DNA from: Nitrosopumilales archaeon
GTDB lineage: Archaea; Thermoproteota; Nitrososphaeria; Nitrososphaerales; Nitrososphaeraceae
NCBI GenBank assembly: GCA_044507735.1
Contig: JBIQJB010000001.1
Span: 64,001 to 128,000 of the forward strand
Length of the DNA: 64,000 bases
Direction of reading: 5' to 3'
Part shown: piece by piece, positions 29,230 through 39,166 of the stretch
Layout: every line of letters starts with the position of its first letter
Position numbering within the stretch: the first letter of the stretch is position 1
Made by a program: the position numbers and the translations under genes
The notes under the pieces: generated by a model
Databases searched by the model: none
What the model saw: the letters and a program-made list of their open reading frames with translations, nothing else
What the model was told of the DNA's origin: nothing

Positions 29230-30210
29230 TTGTCATTGTTGCACTGCGAAGAGCTTGTAAGATCCCTGACTGCAAGCGTTGAGCGAAACCACGCCGACGC
29301 GCTCCTGCTCTCAGGCGGTCTTGACAGCAGCACCTTGGCAAGCATACTGCAACCCAATTATTCCGTCACTGCCGCATTTGGCACGGACGCACCAGACCTT
29401 GCACATGCCCGGCGGGTTGCACAAAGATACAGCAAGAAGCATGTAGAAGTCATCCTTGACCATAACAGGATGGCTGAACTGGTAGAGCGGGTGATCCAGA
29501 TCTTCAAGACTTTTGACCCGATTGAGATCAGGAACTCTGTGGTTGCTTTGGCGGGAATCGAACAGGCGAAAGCCGACTGTTATTCAAAAGTTATGACCGG
29601 CGACGGCGGCGACGAATTGTTTGCAGGCTACAACTACCTCTCACGCTACTACTCTGATATAGAAAGACTTGACCTGGAACTTCGCCGGCTTTGGGATGTG
29701 ATGCACTTTCCGTCAAAAAAACTGGGACAGCATCTAGGCGTTGAAATAATGACGCCCTTTCTGGACAACAAATTCGCGTCTTTTGCAAAGTCGATCGGCC
29801 CGCATGAAAAAGTCGGAGATCATGAAGGGAAGAAATGGGGCAAATTCATTCTAAGAAAATGCTTTGAGCCTGTCCTAGGGGATCTTGTGTGGAGGCCCAA
29901 GCTGGCGCAGGAACAGGGAGCAGCAACCGACAATTATCCGAGGCAGGTTGAGGCAATGATAAGCGACCTGACATTTGCAAACAAGGTTAGGATAGCGAAG
30001 GAAGAGGACGGCGTCATGATACGGAGCAAAGAACACCTTCACTATTACGCGATTTTCCGCAGCTATTTTCCGCCGCCAAGAGAAGATGAAGACGACAGTG
30101 ATTGCGAATTACGCTGTCCTGAGTGCCAAGGGTGCATGAAGCATGGCGGAAGGTTTTGCAGGACGTGTGGTGCGTTCCCTGTTACGCCCGTGCGCTCGCC
30201 ACTATTTTGA
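29230..30210 (+). CDS. Asparagine synthase-like ATP pyrophosphatase with C-terminal double zinc ribbon
   Basis: LLSGGLDSS PP-loop, TGDGGDELFAGY, CPEC...CRTCG; no glutaminase domain. Confidence 0.85.
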   Translation: MSLLHCEELVRSLTASVERNHADALLLSGGLDSSTLASILQPNYSVTAAFGTDAPDLAHARRVAQRYSKKHVEVILDHNRMAELVERVIQIFKTFDPIEIRNSVVALAGIEQAKADCYSKVMTGDGGDELFAGYNYLSRYYSDIERLDLELRRLWDVMHFPSKKLGQHLGVEIMTPFLDNKFASFAKSIGPHEKVGDHEGKKWGKFILRKCFEPVLGDLVWRPKLAQEQGAATDNYPRQVEAMISDLTFANKVRIAKEEDGVMIRSKEHLHYYAIFRSYFPPPREDEDDSDCELRCPECQGCMKHGGRFCRTCGAFPVTPVRSPLF

Positions 30211-30342
30211 ATACTTGCCAGGCTTTTTCACAAAGATCCTCTTGCAGCCTTCGCAGCAGAAATAGTAAGTCTTGCCGTTGTGTTCGTGGCTCACCGCCAG
30301 CTCTTGGTCCATTTCAATGCCGCATACGGGATCAACAGGCAC
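30202..30342 (-). CDS. YHS/TRASH domain small protein
   Basis: PVDPVCG...YYFCCEGCK..F...P.KY; GTG start at 30342 inferred. Confidence 0.85.
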   Translation of the reverse strand: MPVDPVCGIEMDQELAVSHEHNGKTYYFCCEGCKRIFVKKPGKYSK

Positions 30343-30620
30343 ATCTTCCAACGTTTGGATTGTGTATTTAATTTTTTCCAGCGTCCTGTTTTCTGTTGTG
30401 TAAATTTGAACTTGGCAATTCCTATTCGAATAACATTCGCTAGCAAGGCTGTAATTTGCAAATCTAGCATGCGTTCTTGTCACCGTAGACACTGAAAAGT
30501 GATAATTTTTTCCGAGCCATGCAACTGAGCACAGCATCCGTATCCATGTTGAGCAGTACAAAACTGACTGACTGGTCAGTTATCCTTATTAAGCAGGCAC
30601 CAATTCTATAGGCTGCTCGT

Positions 30621-31337
30621 ATGAATGCATTTGACCATAGCGGGAGCGATTCGGTCGTCCTCAAGGTAGAGAACATTACCAAGGTATTTGAGTCGGCGGC
30701 CGGTAGAGTCGCAGCTCTTCGCGGCGTGAACCTCTCGATAATGAAAGGCGAGTTTGTAGCTATTGTTGGGCCGTCGGGCAGCGGCAAATCCACCTTGCTC
30801 AACATGATAGGTGCGCTCGATAGGCCGACTTCTGGCAAGGTTATCATAAACGGAGTAGATGTCTTTTCTCTCTCGGATGGCGATCTTGCCACCATGCGAA
30901 ACCACCTTATTGGTTTCATCTTCCAGTCATACAACCTGATAAATCGGACTACTGTGCTAAAGAATGTCGAGCTCCCAGCTTTGCTGGCCGGCATGGAAGG
31001 CAGCAAGAGGCGGCAAAGGGCAATGAAACTCCTTGAGGTGCTTGGCATCAGCAACAAGGCTGACTTCAAGCCCACAAACCTGAGTGGCGGACAGCAGCAG
31101 AGAGTCGCAATAGCACGTGCGCTCATAAACGACCCTGCCATAATCCTCGCAGACGAGCCCACTGGCAACCTAGACACAAAGACTGGTAATGAAGTCTTTG
31201 ACCTGCTCAAGATGCTGTCAAGCAAGTTCAGGCGCACCATTGTCATGGTGACCCACAACCCCGAGCTTGCGGAGGCTACGGACAGAGCGATCTTTATTCG
31301 CGACGGCATGGTGGAAAAGGAGGTCGCATACCATTGA
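30621..31337 (+). CDS. ABC transporter ATP-binding protein (LolD/MacB type)
   Basis: GPSGSGKS, LSGGQQQR, ADEPTGNLD. Confidence 0.95.
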   Translation: MNAFDHSGSDSVVLKVENITKVFESAAGRVAALRGVNLSIMKGEFVAIVGPSGSGKSTLLNMIGALDRPTSGKVIINGVDVFSLSDGDLATMRNHLIGFIFQSYNLINRTTVLKNVELPALLAGMEGSKRRQRAMKLLEVLGISNKADFKPTNLSGGQQQRVAIARALINDPAIILADEPTGNLDTKTGNEVFDLLKMLSSKFRRTIVMVTHNPELAEATDRAIFIRDGMVEKEVAYH

Positions 31338-32755
31338 CTAGCAGGATGATTCTGGCACTGCTCTTTGCATCAGGTCTGGTCCTGATCCCAGTTACATCCG
31401 CCTATGCACAAGAACGTGCGCCAAGCAGGGAAGAGATCATTCAAGCCAACTATAGCGGGCCAGTTTTTCTCGACGCTTACTGGACGTCTGGCTCTAGCTT
31501 TGAGGACGGTGCAGAAATAGATGTAGAGCCCGGCGACGGTGCTTCCAAGCTGGCTGTCGTACTGGTAAACAGAGGACCATCGGACATCTCGGGCATTACG
31601 GGCACCCTGACCCTTCCACCCGGCTTCCAGGCCACCGGCCGGCCTGCAGGGGCCCCTGCTGTAGCAACATACAACCAGCTCGCCAAGGTGGGGAACCCCT
31701 TCATCCTCTTTTTTGACGTGGACGTGATGGACAGTGCGGGAATCGGCGAACATACTGCTCGCTTGAGTGTGGAATATTCAAGGTTCTTTGAGACCGGAGT
31801 GCCGAGAACTGCGGTAATGGAGGCCACTTTCCGCGTGACAGGAAAGGCCATAGTCGGCGTAGGCAGCGGATCTAGTGCAGGCAACAATGACAGTGCTACC
31901 ATCAACAGCAGCCGAATTGCCGCCGGCAAGTTTGAAAATTACACATTTTATGTGGCAAACATGGGCACGGCTCCGATCACAAATGTCGTTGTAAGGATGC
32001 AGTCACCCTCTGATTCGCTCAAGATTCTTGGCGATTCGAAATGGACGATCCAAAGAATCGAGCAAGATTCTCAGGTCAAATTAGCCACGACAATATATGC
32101 TGCAGAAGCTTTGATTGGAAACCCTGCTTCTCTTGATGTTACAGTCGAATATTCATCTAACGGGCAATCGAGCACCGAGACATTCACGCTAGGGACTTAT
32201 GTTGCAGGCGAGATCAGCATAAAGGCATATGAAATAGGGGTGACTTACATAGGCGGCACCCCCAACATCATAGGCAACCTGCTAAACGAGGGCAATACTG
32301 TTGCGCTCTTTACAACCGTCGAGCTGTTGCAGGCAGAGAATTTGGTATCGCATCTGCCACCGTCACAGTACCTGGGTGACCTTGAGAAGAACTCTCCCCT
32401 TCCGTTCAGCATTCCGATCGCCGTTGACAGCAACGTCAGCGCAGGCACCTATCCAGTTGCACTGCGTATAACCTACAAGGATAACCTTCGGGATCTCCAC
32501 GTCATGGACGTGAACACAGAAGTGCAATTTGTGCCAGAGCAGCGGGTAGACACATCTGCGCAGGACAATAGCGCTGCATTGCTGGTCCCTGTCAGCATAG
32601 GAGTAATAGCCGCAGCTGCCGGGGGTGGAGCTATTGCATATAGGCGGAAGAAAAAGTCCGCTCTGAAACTCAGCTTGCAGGCCGGCAAGCAAGATGACAT
32701 CGAGTCCGTACTTGATAGTCATAAGGGCAGCATCGGAAAAGACGATGGCAAATGA
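31334..32755 (+). CDS. COG1361 S-layer-like/CARDB domain protein
   Basis: Signal peptide, repeated Ig-like N.G motifs, C-terminal TM + RRKKK; lies between the ABC ATPase and permease. Confidence 0.8.
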   Translation: MTSRMILALLFASGLVLIPVTSAYAQERAPSREEIIQANYSGPVFLDAYWTSGSSFEDGAEIDVEPGDGASKLAVVLVNRGPSDISGITGTLTLPPGFQATGRPAGAPAVATYNQLAKVGNPFILFFDVDVMDSAGIGEHTARLSVEYSRFFETGVPRTAVMEATFRVTGKAIVGVGSGSSAGNNDSATINSSRIAAGKFENYTFYVANMGTAPITNVVVRMQSPSDSLKILGDSKWTIQRIEQDSQVKLATTIYAAEALIGNPASLDVTVEYSSNGQSSTETFTLGTYVAGEISIKAYEIGVTYIGGTPNIIGNLLNEGNTVALFTTVELLQAENLVSHLPPSQYLGDLEKNSPLPFSIPIAVDSNVSAGTYPVALRITYKDNLRDLHVMDVNTEVQFVPEQRVDTSAQDNSAALLVPVSIGVIAAAAGGGAIAYRRKKKSALKLSLQAGKQDDIESVLDSHKGSIGKDDGK

Positions 32756-33999
32756 GCATCCTGCAGGTCTTTTCGCTTTCATTTGACGCCCTTCGCGAAA
32801 GAAAAACAAGATCTGCTCTCACTGTACTCATGGTTGTAGTGGGTAGCGCGCTGATGACTGCGCTCAACGGCCTTGGAGCAGGCTTTGGTGCCTTCATTGA
32901 CGATCAGTTCAGTCAGCTTGCACCAAACATCATGTTTGTGACCAGCGCTCAACAAGAAAACACAGGGCCATTTGGCGGAGGCCCTCCACCTGCCCCCAAG
33001 ATCACACTCAACGATGTAGTCGTGAACAGGATAAACTCGCTTCCTTTCGTTGACGACGTCATACCGTCATATCAGGGGCGAGTGACACTGGAGTCAAGGG
33101 GAAGATCAGAGGGTGCAACTGTATTTTCAATAGATCCTCAAAAGCTCTATGTCATCGCGCCAACCATCAAATTCATCGAAGGCTCGTCCATCAGGCAGAA
33201 CGACCCATCGGCCATAATCCTGTCAGACCGCGTGGCTAACCCACCTGGAGATAATACTCCATTTGCAGTGCTAGGGCAGAGTATCCGGGTGACGTATTCA
33301 TTTGTGGATCCTGTCACTGGCAAGCAGGAGGAAAATTCAAAGAGCTTTGTGGTTAGCGCAATAATGGAACCCACCGGCAACCCGACCATAGACAACGCAG
33401 TTGTGTTCAACAGGATCTCCGGCAATGCTCTGCTTGAAAAAGCTGGCAGGTATGACGCCCTGCTGGTTGCTGCACAGTCAGGCGAGCACGTCGAAGTGGT
33501 GGAGCAAGAGATAAGGAAGCTTTATGGCAACAACATCGGAATCACCACGGCTACTGCCATCTTGGAGACCATCCAGGAATTCACCTCAGGCTTTACCTCG
33601 TTCATACTGAGCATCGCGCTCGTGGCCTTGCTCGTCGGGGGCGTAGGCATTATTACTACACTATATACTTCCGTGATGGAGAGAATCAGGGAAATCGGGA
33701 CAATGAAAGCAATCGGTGCCCAGAACAGCTTTATCCTTTCCCTCTTCCTGTCGGAAGCAGTGATGATCGGCATGTTTGGGGCGACCCTTGGCCTGCTGCT
33801 TGGGATCGCGGGTGGATATGTTCTGATCGCAGGGATTGCCGGACAGGATCCTGGTTCTGCTGGGCTTACACCTGTCTTCCTGCCCACTGACCTTGCAAGT
33901 GTATGGGTACTTTCTGTAGGGCTTTCAGTACTGGCTGGCAGCTATCCCGCGTGGAAGGCGTCTAGGATGCCTCCCATAATGGCCTTAAGAAGAGAGTAG
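32752..33999 (+). CDS. ABC transporter permease (MacB/FtsX family)
   Basis: RSALTVL.VVVG, SVMERIREIGTMKAIGA, YPAWKAS. Confidence 0.95.
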   Translation: MSILQVFSLSFDALRERKTRSALTVLMVVVGSALMTALNGLGAGFGAFIDDQFSQLAPNIMFVTSAQQENTGPFGGGPPPAPKITLNDVVVNRINSLPFVDDVIPSYQGRVTLESRGRSEGATVFSIDPQKLYVIAPTIKFIEGSSIRQNDPSAIILSDRVANPPGDNTPFAVLGQSIRVTYSFVDPVTGKQEENSKSFVVSAIMEPTGNPTIDNAVVFNRISGNALLEKAGRYDALLVAAQSGEHVEVVEQEIRKLYGNNIGITTATAILETIQEFTSGFTSFILSIALVALLVGGVGIITTLYTSVMERIREIGTMKAIGAQNSFILSLFLSEAVMIGMFGATLGLLLGIAGGYVLIAGIAGQDPGSAGLTPVFLPTDLASVWVLSVGLSVLAGSYPAWKASRMPPIMALRRE

Positions 34000-34271
34000 T
34001 AGTACTATCTCAATACGCAATCACAACGCTGGCGACTCTGAGGAGATCAGTCATGATCCGGTTCACAAGATCATGTTGTTCTTCCTTCTTTGCTCCTTCT
34101 CGCCTACAGGCCATCGCCGACCAACGGACATGATACTTTGTGTGCTGGAATATGGTAGCAATCTTGTTCCCGCATGAGTAGTTGGAATGATGCGGTTTGG
34201 TCGACGCGCCAAAATGATATGCTGCCAGTGACAACAGAAAGAAAGGGATGGGAAAAAGGAAGAAGAGGGTT

Positions 34272-35603
34272 TCAGACGTACCTGCTCAAAAACTCCAGTG
34301 TCTTCTCCCAAGCGTCAGCAGTTTCTTCCGGTGCATAGTTGTCCCCAGACGGGTTTGCGAAAGCATGGCCCACTCCTTCATAGATGTAGATTGCGTTTGT
34401 GATATTGTTCGCATTGAGCGCGGCTTTAAACTGATTTACAGTATCTACCGGGATCGACTGGTCCTCAGAGCCAAATACGCCTAGCACAGGCCACCGGATT
34501 TTTGACAGTTCTGTTTGATTTGTAACCAGATTGCCGTAGTAGATGACTGTCGCGGCTAGAGGCGTTTCCGTATTTAGGGCGAGCTGCAGCGATTGTCCGC
34601 CACCAAAGCACCATCCTAGCGATGCGATTCTTGAGCTGTTAACATTTGGCAGCGAGGCCACGTATTTTACAGCCTCATTAAGATTGTTGATGGCTTCCTC
34701 GGGGTTGTTCCTAACCGAGCTGGAAAGCTCCCTTGCACGGTCCGGCACAGATGCAACCTCTCCATTGTAGAGGTCTGCCGCAAAAACGACATAGCCTTCT
34801 GCTGCAAGCTTGTCTGCGGCATCTTTGATATGCTGATTCACACCCCACCACTCGTGAATTACTACTACTGCAGGTAGATTATTGGTTTGACCTGGCGGCT
34901 GCACCATATAGCCGGTCGCATTGCGATAATACTTGATATCTTCCCTTTCAAGCAATACGCGTGTTGTATCGTTGCCTCTTGAAGTCGCATTTCTCGAACT
35001 GTCGTCGTTCCTCGGCGTGTATTCCCGTATATCTGTAGTAGCGGCCGCCCTCGAACTCTCTGTCAACGTTCCATAGACCGGGCTCTGGCCAAAGTGCGCG
35101 TCTATTTTGTCAGGACCTATTAACATTGCCACCGCGGCACCATTCATTATCTTGATGGTGAGCGGCACTCCTGATACTGGGCCCTCCCGCATTGTGACGG
35201 TAGCCGTCCCTTCAAAGACATGTGTAGTATTCCCTTCCATTGAGATACTAGTCAGGGTAAAGTTGCTTATGCTGTGCCTGTGCATTGCAGTCCCGTCAAC
35301 TCCGACCATCGAGATCCTGACAACTAGATGGGCCGATGGCAGGTCAGACTCGGTCGTACCTTGCCTCAGGCGTAACGACCAATACCCTGATTCGATCCAT
35401 GTAGGATTGCCATCGGAGTCAAGCTGTACGTTAGCAATCGAGCCCGTTAGAATAATCGGGTCTCTGATGTGCATAGTCGTTGTTTGGGGCATTTGCGGCA
35501 TCTGTTGCGCATAGCTGCTGTTGCTGTTACTTCCCGCTAATGGAACGACGAGAAGAATTGTTGCTAGCAACATCGCTGCAAGAAATGTTGGACGCAAATT
35601 CAT
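34272..35603 (-). CDS. Secreted dienelactone hydrolase family protein with extra N-terminal domain
   Basis: HEWWG, GWCFGG, ED..IP, GHAFAN triad motifs; signal peptide. Confidence 0.88.
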   Translation of the reverse strand: MNLRPTFLAAMLLATILLVVPLAGSNSNSSYAQQMPQMPQTTTMHIRDPIILTGSIANVQLDSDGNPTWIESGYWSLRLRQGTTESDLPSAHLVVRISMVGVDGTAMHRHSISNFTLTSISMEGNTTHVFEGTATVTMREGPVSGVPLTIKIMNGAAVAMLIGPDKIDAHFGQSPVYGTLTESSRAAATTDIREYTPRNDDSSRNATSRGNDTTRVLLEREDIKYYRNATGYMVQPPGQTNNLPAVVVIHEWWGVNQHIKDAADKLAAEGYVVFAADLYNGEVASVPDRARELSSSVRNNPEEAINNLNEAVKYVASLPNVNSSRIASLGWCFGGGQSLQLALNTETPLAATVIYYGNLVTNQTELSKIRWPVLGVFGSEDQSIPVDTVNQFKAALNANNITNAIYIYEGVGHAFANPSGDNYAPEETADAWEKTLEFLSRYV

Positions 35604-35697
35604 GATCTTTTCTTGAGATATTGATCGCTAAAAAATTTTGTAGTCGCCAGTACTAGTAAATAGTTCACTAAAATAGTTACTGAAGTTAGAGGAGGAC

Positions 35698-35750
35698 AAA
35701 AAAGAGAAAAAGCGGGCGTCTGGCCAACGATAGGCCAGACTCTGTGAGTC
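35698..35750 (-). terminator. amoC 3' hairpins plus oligo-T tract
   Basis: GTCTGGCC-N7-GGCCAGAC at 35718-35740, then a T-rich run on the minus strand. Confidence 0.55.
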
Positions 35751-35767
35751 GAAACCCTTCTCCCAGT

Positions 35768-36331
35768 TTATGGGATGGACCTGCTGTACAGCTTGCCTTC
35801 GAGCGCTAGCTTGTACATCTCAGCCACATACGGGTTCTTCGCAGGTGTTTCTGCACCCAGTTCGACGAGCCTGGCGTATACTCTGACTACGTATGCCAGA
35901 GCGCCCATGAATGCCACGACGACACCCATGTTGAACATCCAGTGGTTGGGAACTGCAAAGATTTCTTCGACAAACCAGAAGTGCCACAGCTCATTGACAC
36001 CGATTGTGAACATCGTGGCCAGGTAGCCAAGGATGGTCAGCTTCAGACCGGTGTTCATAGAGTTGCCAGGTCCGCGGAGTATGGGTACCCTTCTGTCGTA
36101 CATTGCGACAAAGCCCCAACCAAGCGGGAGAGCTACGAAGTGGCTGTATAGCCACCAGTGGGCCGGAGTAAATGCAGAATCGCGTATGGTTGTCTGGTGC
36201 AGCGAGCCGTCGACAAAGTTGTCGACCTCTACTGAGGCTGCGATTGAACCCAGCATGATGACCATGATGTAGATCTTTTTCAGTCTTTGGATCTCGACTT
36301 CCTTTGGTATCAGTGCTGGCATCTGCGCCAT
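35768..36331 (-). CDS. amoC: Ammonia monooxygenase subunit C
   Basis: MAQMPALIPKEVEIQRLKK, DGSLHQT, FTPAHWWLYSH, WHFWFVEE. Confidence 0.97.
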   Translation of the reverse strand: MAQMPALIPKEVEIQRLKKIYIMVIMLGSIAASVEVDNFVDGSLHQTTIRDSAFTPAHWWLYSHFVALPLGWGFVAMYDRRVPILRGPGNSMNTGLKLTILGYLATMFTIGVNELWHFWFVEEIFAVPNHWMFNMGVVVAFMGALAYVVRVYARLVELGAETPAKNPYVAEMYKLALEGKLYSRSIP

Positions 36332-36350
36332 GATTTACCTAGTCCATGAA

Positions 36351-36361
36351 GTAGTATATTA
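36351..36361 (-). promoter_or_regulatory. amoC TATA-like element TAATATACTAC
   Basis: 19 nt before the ATG; identical to the amoA element. Confidence 0.65.
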
Positions 36362-36679
36362 GTCTGTATTTCAAATTATGACATGCAGGAATCTAATACT
36401 GATATGAGGCGGTCAGAAAACATATAAAATATGAATGAAATAGGAGACAAATGCTTCTGAATTATGCACACATGGCGCTAGGCATGAATGCTTAGCATAA
36501 ATGATAATCACCATAGGTTCCATGAAATTAGAGGCAGCTCAGTCAAATGCCTTCTCTTCACAACGTCAGGATTAACTCTGAGTCTTCACTGCTGCCGCAC
36601 TAGACTGGGCTTTTCGCATTAATTAATTCTTTCAAACAGGGGGATGGGAAGGCTGGAGCCGCTTTGAAATACGTGCGTT

Positions 36680-37432
36680 TCATGTCTGTTCCAGGAATGG
36701 CTTGTAGCGCTCTACGAGCTCGACCAAGGGGAAGCGCTTCCTGCCCACAATCTTGATGTCAACTCTCGGCTTCTTGCCTTTTTCAATTTCAATTATGTTG
36801 TAGCAGTTTTCAAAGAATCCTCGGAACCTTGTGGAAGATGTCGTGCCGGCATATGCTATTTCTAACCTTCCAAGCTTCCAGACCCATGGTCGATGCTTGT
36901 GTCCGCAAAGTACCAGATCGACTCCTGACTGCAGACATGTGCGCAGGGTATCACCGGCGTCCAAGATGATGATCTTGTCGGTACCTGTATCGGGAATGCC
37001 GATTAAATGATGGTGCATTGCAATTATCTTGGACTTTGTCTCTGGGTACTTGGTCAGGGTCTTTTCCATCCAAAGATTCTGTCTGTAGCCGACTTCGCCC
37101 TCGTCTCTGTCAGGCCTTGCTGTACCAAGAGTCATAATGACCGCATCGTCGAACTCGTAGATCTGCTTTGACGGAAAGAACTTTTTGAACAGCAAATAGC
37201 CTGTATGCCTATAGTCGTGGTTGCCGGCGACGACAATGATATTCGGACAGGTAAATCGCTTGAGCTCGTTCCTTGCCTTTTCAAACTGGAATAGCAGGCC
37301 ATCGTCCGTCAGGTCGCCTGTTACAATTATCGCATCGGGATTCAGCCTGTTGACCTCGTCGACAACTGCATCAAAGACGCTTTGCACAAAGAGGCCGCCG
37401 ATATGAATGTCTGAGAGATGGACTATTTTCAA
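36680..37432 (-). CDS. Calcineurin-like metallophosphoesterase
   Basis: SDIH, TGDLTD, GNHD, HHH, GHKH; TTG start at 37432 inferred. Confidence 0.9.
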   Translation of the reverse strand: MKIVHLSDIHIGGLFVQSVFDAVVDEVNRLNPDAIIVTGDLTDDGLLFQFEKARNELKRFTCPNIIVVAGNHDYRHTGYLLFKKFFPSKQIYEFDDAVIMTLGTARPDRDEGEVGYRQNLWMEKTLTKYPETKSKIIAMHHHLIGIPDTGTDKIIILDAGDTLRTCLQSGVDLVLCGHKHRPWVWKLGRLEIAYAGTTSSTRFRGFFENCYNIIEIEKGKKPRVDIKIVGRKRFPLVELVERYKPFLEQT

Positions 37433-37521
37433 CGCGTTAAATCCGCACTCAGAATTATTTAACAATGCGTGCGCAAAGCAATAATAAAGCCTTGGCCTGC
37501 CCCTACTGCAGGCAAGGAAAA

Positions 37522-38100
37522 TTGCCAAAGCGCAAGAGAAAGGAGGAAAAGCCTCAGAAAAAGCTGGGCAAGAAGGAGTTGCTCATTGCTCCAATTGCAA
37601 TGGGAGCGGCTACCCTTATTGCACTTGTAATAATCCCTTCGCTTGCGCCACCTCCAGAGCCATGGAGCGTCTGCCTAAAGCCAGGGCAACACAATATCGA
37701 AAGCTTCCAGCTTCATCCAAGAATCGAAGTGGTTGTCGACGGCAATCCCATGCTGCTGCCAGATACTGTTGGCAAGCAGCCAAAGGATGGCCAGGAATGT
37801 ACCCGTCCAATCCATACTGACGAGGTGGGCAACGTTGTACACATAGAATACATCAGGCCAGTAAGGCTGACACTTGGAGACTTTATGAGGATCTATAATG
37901 TCACTAACACCCTGACGGTAGTTGACAACTCGACAGGTACGGATGTGGAACGAACCCTTGATCTCCAGAATTACGACATTGAATATTCCTACTATTCAGA
38001 AGCTGGTGAGTTCACCAAGGTTGCCAAACCTTCCGATGTTCCTCCATTTCCGTCAAACAATGAGATGGTGGCTCGTATTCAGTTGACCTCGAAGCAATAG
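37522..38100 (+). CDS. Membrane-anchored extracytoplasmic protein with His motifs
   Basis: Basic N-terminus, TM, LHP...C.RPIHTD...VHIE...TLGDF; TTG 37522 inferred. Confidence 0.75.
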   Translation: MPKRKRKEEKPQKKLGKKELLIAPIAMGAATLIALVIIPSLAPPPEPWSVCLKPGQHNIESFQLHPRIEVVVDGNPMLLPDTVGKQPKDGQECTRPIHTDEVGNVVHIEYIRPVRLTLGDFMRIYNVTNTLTVVDNSTGTDVERTLDLQNYDIEYSYYSEAGEFTKVAKPSDVPPFPSNNEMVARIQLTSKQ

Positions 38101-38133
38101 AATAAATAGCTAGAAAAGTGCGGCTTCTCTGAT

Positions 38134-39159
38134 TTGGCTACCAAGACAGCAGTGGTAATCAGAGGCGACGGCACAGGTCCTGAGCTTGTAGATGCAATGA
38201 TAAAGGTATTGAAGGCTTGCAATTCTAAAGTTGAGCTGGTTCCATGTGACGCAGGGTCAGAATGGTGGGAAAAGAACGGAGGCAACTCCTATATCTCGCC
38301 AGAGGTGTGGGAGCTTCTCGAAAAATCCGACGCCTGTTTCAAGGGCCCGACAACAACAGTACCGGTGCCAAATGCGCCACGGAGCGTGGCGGTGAGCATT
38401 CGCCAAAAGTTTGAGCTGTTTGCAAACATCAGACCGATCAAGACCTACAAGAACGCAGAAAAACAGCTTGACTTTGTATGCGTGCGTGAAGCCACAGAAG
38501 GTCTGTATGCAGGGATAGAATTCAAGACCAGCGATGAATCCGCTATTGCGATACGCAAGACTACCAAGAAGGGCTGTGATCGTGTAGCCAAGGCAGGGTT
38601 TGAGGTAGCCAAAAAGAGGGGCTTTGACAAGGTCTATGCCATCACAAAACGCAACATCCTCAAAGAGACAGACGGCATATTCTGGACTGCAGTAGAGAAT
38701 GCGCAAAAGCAGTTCAAGAACATCCAGGTTGAGGAGTACTATATCGACAACATGACGCAACAATTGGTAAAGAACCCTGAAAGGTTCAACAAGAGCGTCC
38801 TCTTGAGCACCAACCTTTTCATGGATATTGTATCGGAATGCGCTTCTGGCCACGTGGGCTCAATTGGCAACGTCTACTCTGGCAATTATGGCGAAGAGTA
38901 TGCGATGTTTGAGCCAGCACACGGTAGTGCACCAAAGTATGCTGGCCAGAATAAGGTCAACCCCGTAGCTACCATACTGTCGGGAGCGTGGATGGTTGAA
39001 TATCTTGGAGAAAAGCAGATCTCGGACGCGATATTCAAGGCCACCGAAGACGTGATCAATGAAAACAAGTACGTGACGTATGACCTAGGCGGCAAAGCGA
39101 CGCTATCGCAGATGGCTGACCAGATTGCAGCGCGTGCAAGCAAGCTGCTGAAGAAGTGA
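38134..39159 (+). CDS. Isocitrate/isopropylmalate dehydrogenase family enzyme
   Basis: GDGTGPE, KGPTTT, FANIRP, FEPAHGSAP, TYDLGG; substrate not assigned. Confidence 0.9.
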   Translation: MATKTAVVIRGDGTGPELVDAMIKVLKACNSKVELVPCDAGSEWWEKNGGNSYISPEVWELLEKSDACFKGPTTTVPVPNAPRSVAVSIRQKFELFANIRPIKTYKNAEKQLDFVCVREATEGLYAGIEFKTSDESAIAIRKTTKKGCDRVAKAGFEVAKKRGFDKVYAITKRNILKETDGIFWTAVENAQKQFKNIQVEEYYIDNMTQQLVKNPERFNKSVLLSTNLFMDIVSECASGHVGSIGNVYSGNYGEEYAMFEPAHGSAPKYAGQNKVNPVATILSGAWMVEYLGEKQISDAIFKATEDVINENKYVTYDLGGKATLSQMADQIAARASKLLKK

Positions 39160-39166
39160 CGCCAAC

